From the human T2T-CHM13v2.0 reference genome, Homo sapiens: 64,000 nt of DNA. Both the position numbers and the translations under genes were made by a program. Where the stretch lies: NCBI RefSeq assembly GCF_009914755.1, contig NC_060935.1. One strand, 5' to 3'. Below are positions 17,229 to 34,149 of the stretch, one piece after another. The first letter of the stretch is position 1, and each line of letters starts with the position of its first letter. Under the pieces are notes generated by a model. That model was not told the DNA's origin. It searched no databases and worked only from the letters and a program-made list of their open reading frames with translations.

Positions 17229-17564
17229 AGTCCTCGTGTCCCCTGTGCACAACACAGACAAAAGGCTGGGTCCACCCAGTGGGCGGTCGCGTGCCAGGCC
17301 GGTGCTTACCCCGCCATGTTTGCAGCCCGAGGCCAGCTGGCTGCAAGAGCAGGGCTGTGCGTCAGGGGTCAGTGTGCACACACCACTGCAGGTCTCGGGG
17401 CTCCTGGGTTGCTTCTGGAAGGGCCCAGATGGGGCCTGACTGGAGCTGCCGAGGGGTGGATCTTCTGGGAAAGGGATCCCTCCTAGTGGGGAGTGTCTTG
17501 GGCCTGGGGCCACTTGGCAGGGTCAGAGACGGGTCCATGGCAGTATCTGCTCTTCTCTGTGAAG

Positions 17565-17675
17565 GCCAAGGGCCTCTGACAGAGTATTACAGCTGCCCCA
17601 TCCACCAGAAGCATTTCCAGCACATCCAGGTCTGCAACCCTTGGCTGGAGGCCGAGGACTACCCCCTGCTTCTAG
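17565..17675 (+). CDS. ALG1L: ALG1-like exon 10 ([37 protein letters not shown])
   Basis: gtgaag acceptor, gtgaga donor, 111 bp. Confidence 0.88.
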
Positions 17676-18570
17676 GTGAGAGGCCAGCAGGAGGCTCAGG
17701 GAGGAGGCGGGGCCTTAAGCAGGGGGAACAGATGTGGGCAGGATGTACTTTTTCTGAAAAGGTGGCTCTGGAGGCCACTTGGGGACAGGACCTGGGCTCT
17801 GGCTAACTCCCGGGAGGAGGCTACTTCCTGGTGTGCCAGCCCCTCCCTGCCAGGTGGCCCCAGAGGCCCTTTACCAAGGGGTTTGAGGAGGCCATGTCCT
17901 TTCAGCCTGCCACGCCCTCCATTCAGTCCTCTTTCTTCCTGCAGGAGGGCTGGGCCTGGGGTTGGGGCACTGTTGCCCAGGTGTGGGAGGGCAGTGGCTT
18001 TGGGAGGTACAGGGACGATGTGTCAAACAGCGTTGCCTCTCCCAGTGAGATGGTTCTCCTTTGCCTCCGTCTCTTTCCCCGATTGATTTTTCCAAATGGG
18101 GAGTCGTGGCTTGGTCCTGATGCATCTCTAGAGCTGCATCTTCCAGCTTCGAGTGAGCAGAGCAGTTGAAGGCTGAGGGCCTTTTCCTGGCACGACTCTC
18201 CAGCTAGTCTTTGTTTTAGACAGTCTCGCTCCATTGCCTAGGCTGGAGTGCACGATCTCAGTTCATGCAACCTCCGCCTCCTGGGTTCAAGCGATTCTCC
18301 CACCTCAGCCTCCCGAGTAGATTACAGGATTACAGGAGCCCGCCACAACACCTGGCTTATTTTTGTATTTTTAGTAGAAACAGGGTTTCACCATGTTGGT
18401 CAGGCTGGTCTTGAACTCCTGACCTCAAGTGATCCTCCCGCCTTGGCCCCCCTAAATGCTGGGATTCCAGGAGTGACCCATCATGCCTGGCCCCAGCTAG
18501 TCTTTAGAAATATTAAGCTGTTTCGCTTTATTTTCACACTGACAGCTGGTTTGTGGTGGGTGTGCTGTGG

Positions 18571-18612
<42 letters not shown>

Positions 18613-19237
18613 TTGAGACGGAGTTTCACTCTTGTAGCCCAGGCTGGAGTGCAATGGCATGATCTTGGCTCACTGCAACCTCCGCCTTCCCGGGTTCAAG
18701 CGATTCTCCTGCCTCAGCCTCCTGAGTAGCTGGGATTACAGGCACCTGCCACGATGCCTCACTAATTTTGTATTTTTTTTAGTAGAGATGGGGTTTCACC
18801 ATGTTGGCCAGGCTGGTCTTGAACTCCTGACCTCAGGTGATCTGCCCGCCTTGGGCTCCCAAAATGTTGGGATTACATGCGGGAGGTGAACCTGGGAGGT
18901 GGAGGTTGCAGTGAGCTGAGATTGTGCCACTGCACTCCAGCCTGGGTGACAGAGTGAGACTGTCTCAAAACAAAACAAAACAAAACAAAACAAAACAAAA
19001 CAAAATAACAACAAAAAAACCAAATTGTGATTTAGTAGAAAAAGTGTCAACTTACATTTTCAGATGTCCCAGCCAGGCCGTGTGGCTGCTTGGCCGGCTT
19101 AAGCCACTTGTGCTTGGGGCTGTCGGGGGTCTTATCCGATTTTCACTCCCCTCGGGGGATGTTGTCTCACTGTGCTGGGAGGATTTGTGTTCCCAGGGCA
19201 GAGACCAGTGCTCTGACCCACCCCTCTTGCCTAGCAG

Positions 19238-19352
19238 GGTCGGTGGACCTGGGTGTCTGTCTGCACACATCCTCCAGTGGCCTGGACCTGCCCATGAAGG
19301 TGGTGGACATGTTCGGGTGCTGTTTGCCTGCGTGTGCTGTGAACTTCAAGTG
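19238..19352 (+). CDS. ALG1L: ALG1-like exon 11 ([38 protein letters not shown])
   Basis: tagcag acceptor, gtagga donor, 115 bp; GT-B nucleotide-sugar-binding D-x7-D-like motif. Confidence 0.92.
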
Positions 19353-19558
19353 GTAGGAGCAGAACCCGAATCTTTCTGGGGATAGCTTCACAGATCCACC
19401 GCTGAGGGGGAAGCAGTGTAGAGTGAGCTGCCCACAGTGAGGCCCTGCCCCTCGGTCAGTCCAGCACACACTGGAGGCCACGAGGAGGAGCCCTGCGGTT
19501 ACTGTGGCTGGGCTGAGCCTCACTGAAGTAGTTGCTTCCATTTAGAGCTCATGTTATA

Positions 19559-19629
19559 TTTAGGTTGGTACAAAAGTAATCACCGTTTTTGCCATTAAAG
19601 ATGGCAATTACTTTTGCACCAACCTAATA
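19559..19629. mobile_element. MADE1 (Hsmar1 MITE) palindrome
   Basis: TTAGGTTGGTACAAAAGTAAT ... ATTACTTTTGCACCAACCTAA inverted termini. Confidence 0.85.
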
Positions 19630-20355
19630 TGAAAAAAAAGCATGTTAAATACTAGAACTCCACTCGGGGCTTTTGCTCCTAGAGTAGAATTGGCGGGAAT
19701 TGCCTGCAGGCTTACATGGTTTTCTTTGTTTCTTTCTCTCCCACCATGTCCCTTTTGGCCAAGCTCACGTGGTGGGTTTGAATCAGTTAAATGAGTGTCA
19801 TGCTGTGGCCCCACTCCACCCAGCACAGACGTGTGTTTGGAAGGGCGGCGTTAGAGGAGATTCTAGAAGCAGTAGCCCCAGCACAAGCTGAGCCCTTGGC
19901 CCCTGCTCAGGAGCCGGCTCCTGGATGGGATCCAGGGATGTGAGCCCCTCCTGTGAGCTGAGCTCAGGGAATGTCGGGATCAAACCTGGTGCCCTAGAAA
20001 AGTCATCTTTTATGTGCTGAGCCAGTCCCCCGGGTGTTCCCTTTACTTGTTCCATGGCCATGGAGTTAAGAAAAACATGCAAAAATAATTCTTCAGTCCT
20101 TGAAGAGCATCCAGCACAGAAGGTACAAACCCCCCTTAAGGCTCCCTCTTCAAATCGGTTTGGCCATTTAGATGTGTACCCCCCTTTATACCCTTCAGAT
20201 GCCAAATCTAAGAACCACCCCCCGGAAAACACACCCCCTGTTCCAACTCCCAGCCTGGCTTGAGCATGGGGTGGGAGGCTGAAGCCCAGGTGGGCACCCC
20301 AGGGGTCTGGTGTCTTCTCCAGGCAGCTCTCAGGCTCCCTTGGTTCTCTCTGCAG

Positions 20356-20431
20356 TTTACATGAGCTGGTGAAACATGAAGAAAATGGCCTGGTCTTTGA
20401 GGACTCAGAGGAACTGGCAGCTCAGCTGCAG
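20356..20431 (+). CDS. ALG1L: ALG1-like exon 12 ([25 protein letters not shown])
   Basis: ctgcag acceptor, gtagcc donor, 76 bp. Confidence 0.9.
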
Positions 20432-20879
20432 GTAGCCACATCTGCCACCACGCCAGGGTGGAGAGGGTTCTGGAGACTGGCACTGAGCCATGCTCCCTGA
20501 TCCCTGCTTCCCACAGCCAGGGTGGGACCATGTGGGGTCTGGCGGAAAAGCTAGGGAGAGAGCAGAAGTCACAGAGGCTGGCCTACTCTGCTGTCCCGTT
20601 TCGGTACAGTAGGCTCGGGAAAGTTAGGACACACCCCCACCTGCCCTCTGGATTTATGGAGCTGACACTCCACAAATGATGCTGGAGCCGGGTGGGCCGG
20701 GCTGCAGTTTCGGAAGTGATCAGGATCAGGTAGGTGCATGGGCAAAGGGAACTTCTGGGACCAGCCTTGAAAGATGGGTGGAATTCTGCAAAGGTTACTT
20801 GTTTCTTATTGCTAAAAGTAATACATCATTCTTGCCAACAGAATGATTGGCAGGATTTTCAGTAAAGGTCCAGGTCAGA

Positions 20880-21055
20880 AGTCATTTAGACTGTGTCTCC
20901 TAGTCTCTGTCAGAACCATGGTACTCTGTTGTGGTGTGAAAGTAGCCACAGATCATCTTCGATTAAGGGGTGTGGCTTTGTTCCAATAAAACTTTATTTA
21001 CAAACACAGGCTGTGGGCTGGATTTGGCCTGCAGGCTGTAGTTTGTGATCCTTGA
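20880..21055. mobile_element. MER58-type hAT MITE carrying back-to-back poly(A) signals
   Basis: gtgtggctttgttccAATAAAacTTTATTtacaaa..ggctggatttggcctgcaggctgtagtttg. Confidence 0.7.
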
Positions 21056-21378
21056 TTCAGACAGTTTAGCAAGGCTGAAAAGAACACCAACACCCCCTTG
21101 TTACCCACAGATGGGTGGGACTTGGCCAGAGGCCAAGAGGAGGGTGCTCGCAGGGGAACATACAGCGTGTAGAGGCCGGGAGGTGCTCCAGGGCACGAAG
21201 TGTGGGAAAGTGGGACAGAAAGCGTGATGTCAAGTTGGAGGCGGAGCGCTGCTGGGGCGTGAAGAGTCTCGAGTCCAAGTGAGGGAGTTAGGAACTTGGG
21301 AGGGTTTGTTGTTGGGTCGGGGACCTGGGGTCAGCCAGGTGGTGACCTGGGATGGGGTGGGGACAGGAAATGAGTTAA

Positions 21379-21534
<156 letters not shown>

Positions 21535-21920
21535 CTCCTGGGCCAGAGGCTAAAACCCCGGGACCCCTGCTGTCCTTCCCGCAGCTTCTTCTCGGAGTCT
21601 CAGGGCAAACCCTTTCGAGCAGCGCCTCCCAGTGGCCAGAAGGTGAAATGACGGCAGTGGTGCCGCCTGGTAAATGAATTGGTTCTGTGACCCGGGAAGC
21701 TGTGCTTGGCTCTGATTTCTTTTCTGGAGGCTCGGAAACACTTCCTATCTTCTTCTGTTCTTCACGCCCCATGCCCCTGCTAGCGGATTACTGTTCTGCG
21801 ACTTCCGTGTGACCTCTGCAGTACTCCTCATCCTGCGTTTGCTCTCCAGGTGTCATCTTTCCGCCGTGTTCCTAACATTTTGATTCCTGTCTTGAAAAAA
21901 GCACCTGCTGCACTGTAAGC

Positions 21921-22080
21921 CCAGGGATGTGGCAGCTGCAGTGGGCTTGGCTTTGTGAAGAACCGAGTGTGTCCACGGATGTGGCAGCTGCAGCGGGCTT
22001 GGCTTTGTGAGGAACCAAATGTGTCCAGGGATGTGGCAGCTGCAGCGGGCTTGGCTTTGTGGGGAACCGAGTGTGTCCAC
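21921..22080. repeat. Three tandem copies of a 52-bp unit in the overlapping 3' UTR region
   Basis: CCA(G/C)GGATGTGGCAGCTGCAG(T/C)GGGCTTGGCTTTGTG..GAACC.A.TGTGT starting at 21921, 21973 and 22025. Confidence 0.95.
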
Positions 22081-22812
22081 ATTGGGGGAACATCATACTT
22101 GATACACACGTTTTTATTTGCACAAAGAAAATGCTATTTTTGGAGCCAGAGATTTCATGTCTGATTGATGGTGATTTTCTTAAGAACCAGAATTGCTGGC
22201 AGAAAGGGAGCACCCACATGCTTAGATAGCCGATGTCTTATTAGAGGGCAGTTTGTGGTTCCTGATTTGGAAATTAACATTCTCCAAACATTCCAGTCCA
22301 ATGAAAGTTTTATCCGCTTTCCCATATAAAAACTCTTCCCACGAGAGTGACTTGATTCTCACAATCCCGTTGGAGTCGTATGTGAGTCCTACAGTGTGAG
22401 GTTCAGCATTGCCATCTCCAAGTGCTCTTCGTAGGGAAACAGTTTCTGGTCATGACGAGGTTCCACTTCCCATCTGATCCCAGCCCGGCCTGGAAACAGA
22501 GGACATGTGTTTCAGGATGGCAGTGTTTGGGGACAGGACATGAGCGTATTGTGTGGGGCTGCTAGGACAGGCCTGGCGGGGTGGGGGGTGTGTCCAAGTC
22601 AGTTTACTTGGTTCACAGGTTCCCAGGCCCACCCAGGTGCCTAGAATTGGCCTCCAGGATGGGACAAGAAATCTGGTTTTGCATAGAAATGGCTAGCAGC
22701 AGGCACCGTGCCGCTGTCCACTCTCTGCCCGCATCTGCCCCAGCACTTGGCACAGCGGGACAGACGCAGAGATCTGAACCCACATCTACCTGGCTGCTCA
22801 GTCAACCCACTA

Positions 22813-25021
<2,209 letters not shown>

Positions 25022-27861
25022 AGCCTCCTGTGCTAGGTTGTGCGGGACTCTGTCGTGGAACCCAGTGTGTCTTTGTGTGCTGGCTTGTTTGTTGGCTCTG
25101 TAGTTAACGGGCTGCTCCACGTGGACAGGCATTGGACCCGTGTCTCTGTGTGCAGGCAGAGGCTGCTGCACGTGCATCTGTGCACATGGCTGCCAGGAGG
25201 GGCTGTGCTCAGGGGGAGCTGGGGCAAAGGCTGGTGGCAATGAGGGGCTTGGGTGTAGTGTGGAGGCACGAGAGCCTGGTGGCCGGGCTGCAGCCTGTGG
25301 GAGCTCGGGGGTTGCTTGGCCTCTGTGTGTCCCAGTGTCTTTGTCAGTGGGATGGGACAATGATAGCACACTCTCACAGGTGCTGGGGGCTGACAAATGT
25401 CAGGTCTGAGGACAGTGGCTGGCCCACTACGGGGCCAGTTCCCCTTCTCTATAGTCACCCTGCTCGTCTTCCATCAACTGGGTGCTCAGGACAGTGGCGT
25501 GGTGGATCCGCCTGTACAGCCTGTGCCCCAGTGTCCTGCAGGCCACAGCTGTGTCCAGCCCTGACCCCGACTGCCCCTCCTGCCACCTCCATTTTATAGA
25601 TGAGGAAACCGAGGCCCAAGGGCTTAGGGAACCTTGCTCTGAAGCACACAGTAGGGCTGCTGGGCTCAGATCCTCCCTCCCTGTGCTGAGCTGCCCTCCT
25701 CCTGCCACAAGGCCCCCACGCCCCGAGCCCACCCTTCTCACCGGCCTCTGCCCTAGTTCCCCGCATGGTGTGGGAGTGTGGGGCATCCTAGCTTTTACCC
25801 GGCCCCCAGTTCTTTCACTTCCACTGGAGTCCCGCAGGGACAGCTTGGGGACCATGCAGGCCCCGGTGGGCGTGGGGGCTCACATAGCTCAGTGGTGAAC
25901 AGCTGGCACATCTCTGGGTTGCAGACGGTAAGGGCCACATAGACTTGAGGAGCCCGCTGGTGCTCCTGGTAGGCAGCCAGCCTCCGCAGGACCCCGACCA
26001 GCGACACGATGGCTTCTGGGCTATACAGCACGTCTACGGTGAAAGCTTCAGGTTACTGAAAGGGACCAGCGGATAGTTCCAGGTCATGCTGACCTCAGCA
26101 GCAGGGCGAGGCCAGAGAGGCAGCAGTCATATGAGACTAGTAGATGCCATTTGACCATTTGGGCCATTAGATGGAAAGGCAATTACTTGGGTGAAAAAGG
26201 AGAACCCTTAGTAGAGAAAGCTGCAAAAGACCGAAGCAAAAGAAAAAAATCTCCAGACTCACTGGTGTTCCTTAAAAAACGAGCTCTGGTTCTCGGCCTA
26301 TCTAGAGGGCTGTGAATGACACAAAGCCTGATCCTGCCATGAACTTCGTGTTTCAGGCGTCTGCCAATTTGTCTGCTGGCTTGCAGGGGTGGGCCTGTGT
26401 CCCTGGCCACCGCTGGACCTGTGGTTTTCAGGGCTGGGACCCAGGACCACAGGCAGAGCTCTGTTCGACCAGAGAGGAGACTGAGTGTGCTGGCAGGGGC
26501 GAGGGGTTTTCGGTGGCCCAGCCAAACACCACCTTCTCTCAAGGGCCCTGTCCTCATCCCAGAAGTGGTTTTTTCCTCCTGTGGTCTCTGAAAGACACAG
26601 GCATGACTCTGGGACAGAGCCATGTGGTGACGACTGTAACGGGAGTATGCCTGTCTCCAACAAGAGGGCTGTGGCTGGAAGGTCACCTTAAGAGGCACCC
26701 CTGTCCTTTGATGTCACCCTGGAGGCCCAGAGTAACTCTTCTGGAAGCCCCATCATGTCCATGCCCGACAGCGTCCATTGTTCCCTTTTCCCAGAGCCAA
26801 GAGCTGGGTAGAGCTTCAAGGACACCACCTGCACAGAGTGCCCGGGGCTGGGCATTACCTGCTGCAATGACAACATCTGGCTGGATTGCAGATTGCTGAT
26901 GGACCGTCGCGACGTCCCAGTCCAGCTGGGCCACTGTCACCCTGGGGCTGTCTAAGTTGGCAGAGATATCTGCCTCTAATGAGAGGCCACTGAGAAGGAC
27001 ATTCCCTCAGAGCTTCTCGAGGACCCGGCTGTGACAGTCGCTGAAGATGTATGCCCAGGGGCGGCACATCTTGCAGATGGCCAGGCCTGTGAGGCCGGCG
27101 CCACTGCCAAGCTCTAGGACCATCCTGGTGGGAGGAAAGGGGACCATGTCTGCGACTGCACCAGGGTAAGCCTGCCTCGGTGCCCTGCCGTGCACCCCGA
27201 GGTCACCTATGAGAGAAGGCTGCCGGGTTCTCGATGGCCCATTCTGCAAGGTAGAGGGCAGCATCTCATGTGACCAGGCCTGTGATGCCGTGGGAGATGA
27301 TGGCTGTGTTCTTGGAGAGTGTGACTGAGCCTCCTGAGGGCTGCACCAAGAGAGGGAGAGAGAGTCAGTCCAGCGATCAGAAGGCAAGTGGCTTAGAAGA
27401 CAAGTAGCCATCCACCACATGGCTGAATAAACCATGACAGGACCAATCGCCACTCAGCAAAGAGAAGCAGCTAACTGTTGACATGCCAACAGCTTGCACA
27501 GGCCTCAAGGGTGTCACATGGCATGAAAGACACTCATCTCAGGCCACACAGGATTTCATTCATTGAACATTCCTGAAACAACGGAATTCTGGTGATGGAG
27601 CACAGGTCAGTTGTGGCCAGGGGCCGGGTGTGGCTATGAAGGGGTGGCTGCCTTGTGATGATTCAATATGCTATGTTTTTCCTTTGTGGTTTTCTGTATC
27701 TATGTTTTATCTTATTTTTTTTTTGAGCTCTGTTCCCCAGGCTGGAGTCAGTGGCACAATCTTGGCTCACTGCAACCTCTGCCTCCTGGGTTCAAGCAAT
27801 TGTCCTGCCTCAGCCGCCTAATTAGGTGCAACTACAGGCATGTGCCACCATGTCTGGCTAA

Positions 27862-28381
<520 letters not shown>

Positions 28382-29340
28382 TGAGACATGCTGTTGTTGT
28401 TGAAGTGCTTGATTTACAGACAGGGAAACTGAGGCTAAAGAAGGTTGACGGACCTCATGTCTAAGACTGCAGACTGGGTGAGTCAGGATTTGAACCCACA
28501 CCCACGTTTTCACTTTGTCTGTGCAGGAAGGGTATCTGGGCTGTGAGGGGGAGGAGGGTGTCCTTCTCATACCAGCAAATAGCTCCGGTGGCCCTGGGTG
28601 GACTCCTTGGCCATCAGGGTCTCCGTCAGCACCTCGTACAGCTCGTCCAAAGGCTCTGTGTGGACAGCCTCGTGCTGGGGGCAGACAGAGTGAGAGCTTG
28701 TTTGCTTTCGTTCTAATCTGTAAAAATGGTCAGATGATTTTCACCAAGTTTGGAGGGGAGATTTGGGATGGAATGGTGTAATACCGGCCAGCTGGCATAT
28801 AAAACATTCACTTCATTGGGCTTGGTGGTGTGTGCCGAATAGTCCCAGCTACTCTAGAGGCTGACATGGGAGGACTGCTTGAGCCCAGGAGTTCGAGGAC
28901 AGCCTGGGCAAGAGACCTTGTCTCTAAAAAAAAAAATTCACTTGGTAGGGAAACCTGGATGGGAGGCCCTTCAACGAGAGGTGTTGAGAGGGTAGTGTTA
29001 GGTGTAGTCTAAGGCAGGAGACAAGGATTCCGTGAGAGCTGCCACATGACCATGACAGAGAGGAGGAAAACCAAAGGTGCTTTTAAGTGAGCCCAGGCAC
29101 AACTGTGAGGGCGGCCCATGCTGCAGGCTGTGGCTGTCAGCAGGCTGCTTCTCCACGGCTGGCCCCATCCTAAGATTCACAGGGCAGCAGCAAGATACAC
29201 TGGGTGACTGCTGCCCTCTCCTGGTGGCACAGGGCAGACCTGCTGGTGACCACAGATGCACCCTTTTGGGGAGGATTAGGGAGAAAGCAGGTATTGGAGA
29301 AGCAGGGGATTGTTTACTTGCTAAAATTGTGGCCCTTTCA

Positions 29341-29607
<267 letters not shown>

Positions 29608-32600
29608 TTAGGAGGCTAGGCATGAGAGTTGCTTGAACCCAGGAGGCAGAGGTTTCAGGGAGCTGAGACTGTGCCACGGTAATCCAGCCTGGGCAACACA
29701 GTGAGACCCTGTCTCAAAAAAATAAATAAGTAAAAAATAAAATCCATCCTGTATCAGTCAGGAAAGAGCACATTCCAGCAGGATCAATGCCGAGAATTCA
29801 CCAGAGGAACTAGTTCCAAAGTTATGGCAAGAGCTAAACCTTCCAACAGGGGCCCGTGGGGCAACCCAGAGACGGACAAGAGCAGGAAACTCCAAACCCT
29901 TCGGCAGGCAGGACAGAGGGTGTGGGTGCAGGTTCCAGTGCTGTGGGCTGGGCTAGCCTGGTAGGAATGAGAATCCATATGCTAGGAGCTGGGGCCCCAG
30001 AGAAGCAGCTGCGGCGGAAACCCCAGGAGGCAGAGTGAGGGAGAGACGCTGGCCTCCCCTTCTTCCCGCCCTGCATTGTCTCCCATGGGTCACACGCGGC
30101 TGCAGCCAGTTGCCTGGTTAGGCCCCTGCCATGCTGGGGTTTGCAAAGCAGGCCCAGGGCCTGGGAAGGATGGGGGCTCCAGCACGCAGGTGGCTATGCT
30201 GTCCAGCTACTGGGCGGACACTGCCCATAACTGACCTTTTTGATGAGTTCTGAGAGAAAGCACCAGGCATACTTGACTGATGGCCGGTGCTTCACACACA
30301 CAGGATGCTTCACAGTCTACCGCAAAGGACAGAACTTTGGTTGCTCAAGAGCCTGTCTTAAGTCTCCTATGAGCTTCAAGCCAACACGGCAGAGGGCAAA
30401 CTCCAGGCTACCCGATCCCTCAGCAAAGATGTAGATGGACACAGCGTTCTGGCCCCATGCATCTGAAGTTTGTCTTATGATATAAGCCATTTCCTAAAAA
30501 TGCTTCCACTGCAGTGTCACAGGCTATGGCAGCATTTCTAATGCCCATTCTGAGCAAGAACGCAGGGCACGTGGGCCCAAACCACCTCCCTCCCAGGGGA
30601 GCCAGTGTGAACCAGAGTTTGCAGTAAAGACAGTCGCCAACTGTCTGGCTCTATGGAAGAGGAGGGAAGGCCCACTTGGCAACTGCTCTCTTGCAGCGTG
30701 TGTTCCTGGGGATGGGATGGAGGGGAGGGGACGCTCTGGGTGACACTCCAGCTAAAGCCGAGAGAAACCAAGTGCAGGACGAGCAAGTTCCAGACAGTGG
30801 CAACAGGTGATGCAAGCTCTGAGGTGGCCATGTCCTGGCACTTGGAAAGGAGGGCAGAGGGACTGGTGCAGCAGGAGTGGGGATGGTGGGAAAACAGGAG
30901 CCTGGAGGGAGAGGGAGGAGACAGTCTGCAGTGCCTGCTGGCTGGGAGGGATGCAGATTCTGCCCAAGGGCAGCAAAGTACCCCACGCAATACACAGGCT
31001 CTTCATGCTCGTGCTGGTTTTTCATTTTTTCTGACACAGTCTCGCTCTGTTGCCCAGGCTGGAGTGCAGTGGCCCGATCTTGGCTCACCACAGCCTCTGC
31101 CTCCTGGGTTCAAGCGATTCTCCTGCCTCAGCCTCCTGAGTAGCTGGTACTATAGGCGTGCACCACTACGCCCAGCTAATTTTTGTATTTTTAGTAGAGA
31201 TGGGTTTTTGCCATGTTGGCTAGGCCGGTCTTGAACTCCTGACCTTAGGTGATCCATCCACCTCAGCTTCCCAAAGTCCTGGGATTACAGGTGTGAGCCA
31301 GTGCGCCCAGCCTTCTGCTGGGTTTTAAAGCAGCTATCCCTACATTTCATGCTTCACCACCTACGAGAGTGAGGCTCAGGGTGAAACTCAGAGCAGGGTG
31401 CGAGATAACTTCAGGTATCTCCATGCTCGAAGCCCTGACCTACTGCATTGCCCCAAAAGTCTTCCCTGCTGTGGCTGCATCTTTTCCACATGGATAATCT
31501 TGGTTCACCTCTAGCACAGGAATTCTTCACTGGGGATCCTAGGATGGGCTGGGTGGGTGGGGGTGGAGGATGTCTGCCTCGAGTTTGTATGGAAAATGTA
31601 TTCTTCTGGTGCACTTCTTTCTGGGAGGGAGTCTATTGCTTTCTCTTTTCAGAAGGACTCATGGCCCTTCGAAGGTGAAGACCCAGGATGCAGGGTGATC
31701 TGCACTTGGCCCTCAAGGCCAAGGTCAGGCTGTGGCTGGGCCGGGTGGTGATCCTGCCTCTCACCTGCATGCAGATGCTCTTGAGTCCAAACCCCACCCT
31801 GGGCAAAGTAAGGGCCCATTTAGGTCTAGAAGAGACAGGAGTGGGCAGGACAGGCCTCATGAATGCAAAAAAGAAAGTCTCTGAACATCTACCAAATTCT
31901 AGAAGCTGTTTTGCACCTGTCATCTCTGTTTTTGCTGTGGATGGTTTAAAAACTTTCCCTAGATTCCCCCCTCTCATGCAGATTTTTGTATATTCTGATG
32001 TCTTTGTCTAAGTCTTAGAAAATGAAAGAGCTGGAGCTGTCGGAGGTGACGACACCCACCTGCAGTGCTGACTCAATGGTTTTGTTCTTTGAACAGGGGT
32101 GTTTTTAAAGGGTACAAGCACACCTGTGCTTCTTCTCGCAGGTCTTCCGGAGAGATTCAGGAGGCAGGGTCATGAGTCCCAGGGACTCTGGAATTCTTAC
32201 CTTCTGCAAAATATCCCGCAGCAGCTCAGAATCTGATGAGTCTCTTAACTTTGCTTCTAAGCTCTGTGTGGAGGGGAGAGAGAGAAATCTCAAGGGTGCA
32301 TTCACAGGAACATTAAGCACGCAATAGAATGTGTTGGCAAAGCGCTGTGTGATCTCTCCCCGGGGATGTGGAGCCAGTTGGAAGTGGAAGCCACAGCAGC
32401 TGAAAGCCTGACCTTCAGATGTTGCAGGGTGCACCTGGATGAGTCACAGGAAGAAGGCTAGAAGACTGACTCTTGGCCGCATTAGTCCTGGCTACTTAGC
32501 GGCCACCCGGGTCATGGGCCAGCTCCCTGGTTGCACTTGTCAGCCAGGATTGCACTGGTTACCAGGGCAGCCATGGCACCAAGGTTTGATGGGCTTGCCA

Positions 32601-34149
32601 TCTGAGTTTAAGTGGAAATGCAGAATGTTCCCATACCAGCCTGGGTTACATTGTCCTCTTACAGGGGCCTCAAGCCCAGCAGCGAACTTTGGCTCCCGAA
32701 TTAGGTAGACTGTCTCGGCTGGTATGTGACACAGGGCAAGGCACTTCATTGCTTCAGAGCTCCTTCCATGCCGTAAAAGGTCCTACAAGACCTGGTCCTA
32801 ATCCCTCTCTCTGGCCTGATCTCCCTCGCCCCTGGCCCACCCTGCTCACTCCACTCCAGCCACACTGGCTGCCTTGCTGTTGTTCCTCAACAACAGCTGG
32901 CTTGTTTCCACCACAGGACGTTTGCATATCCTGTTCCCCAAGCCCTTCCCATGGCTGGCTGCTTCACCACTCAGGCCCCATTTCAAATGCCACCTCTTTG
33001 GGGAAGGCTTCCCTGATTCCCCGACTTTGGTGACTCTTCTCCCCAGTTGCTCCATTCACCATTTCCCTGTTTTATTGGCTTTAAAGCCACTCTCATCTGG
33101 TCTTTTCTTGTTTCTTCATTTATTTGTTTATTCTCTGGCTCTCCCATGCAAGCAGAGCCTCATCTGTCATAGGTACTGCTGATCCATGGTGCCTGGCTCA
33201 CGGAAGGCATTTATTAAACATTTTGAGACTGAATAAAAACACTAGCTAACACCAACATGCATTTACCATGAGCCAGGCACTGATCCACAGGCTTTTGTAC
33301 TCAACCCTGACAACAACCCTAAGAGGTAGGTATCATTATATCCCCCATTTTATTAATAAGAAAACAACAGCACAGAGAGATGCACTTGCCCAAGGTCACA
33401 CAGGGCCAGGGGTTGGGCCAGGATTCGAAGCAGGCAGGCTGTCTCCTGGGTCTGAACCCTCAACTACTGCACCTAATCAAACAATCCCTCTGGTCAAATG
33501 TGAGTGATGATAATAGTACCCACCTCGTGGGTGTTGAGGGTGAGCCCAAGTTAGCTTTCAGCGTGGCATGTGAACAATTATAGTCAATATTGAATGGAGA
33601 CCTATGATGCTTTTATGAAGGTTTCTATTTTGGGTTAAAAATGCACAAATTTCTCCTGACCAGAAATGATCTCTGAGTGCTAAATATTTCATGTCAATGG
33701 AATAGCGCAAATGATTAAGCAACACCCCATAAAATGGGGCAGACCCAGGGAGGAATATATATCCAAACTGACTCATCCCAGTGAGCTCACCGCACATGGA
33801 TTACAAATGGGGCCGGGTGCATTAAGCCCCTCTACTGGCAGAAGGGAGGCTGCTGCCTGCCATGCGCCTGTGCTGAGAATGGCAGGTCCCCAGGGAGACG
33901 AGAGGCCACCCCCTTCTCTGTCTCTTCCATCACAGGCGTGAGAGCCTCAGAGCATGAGCCAATTCTGTGCAGTGCTCGACATACAGATGAGAACACTGAG
34001 GCACGAGGGACAGCCTGTGACCTGGTCACCACGCTCAGGAGGACGTGGTTACCCGCGGTCCTGAGGGCGCTGACTTTTTAGAATGGGCGAGGGCAGCTCT
34101 GTCCCAGTGACCAGAACGGTTACTGCCTTTAAAAAGTCGTGAAAATGAT

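Noticed and set aside
17051-17806. 251-aa ORF as a standalone gene
   Set aside because: GC-rich intronic read-through; only the 37-codon ALG1 exon 10 part is homologous to a protein
21921-22080. CRISPR-like array
   Set aside because: Eukaryotic context; contiguous tandem units with no unique spacers
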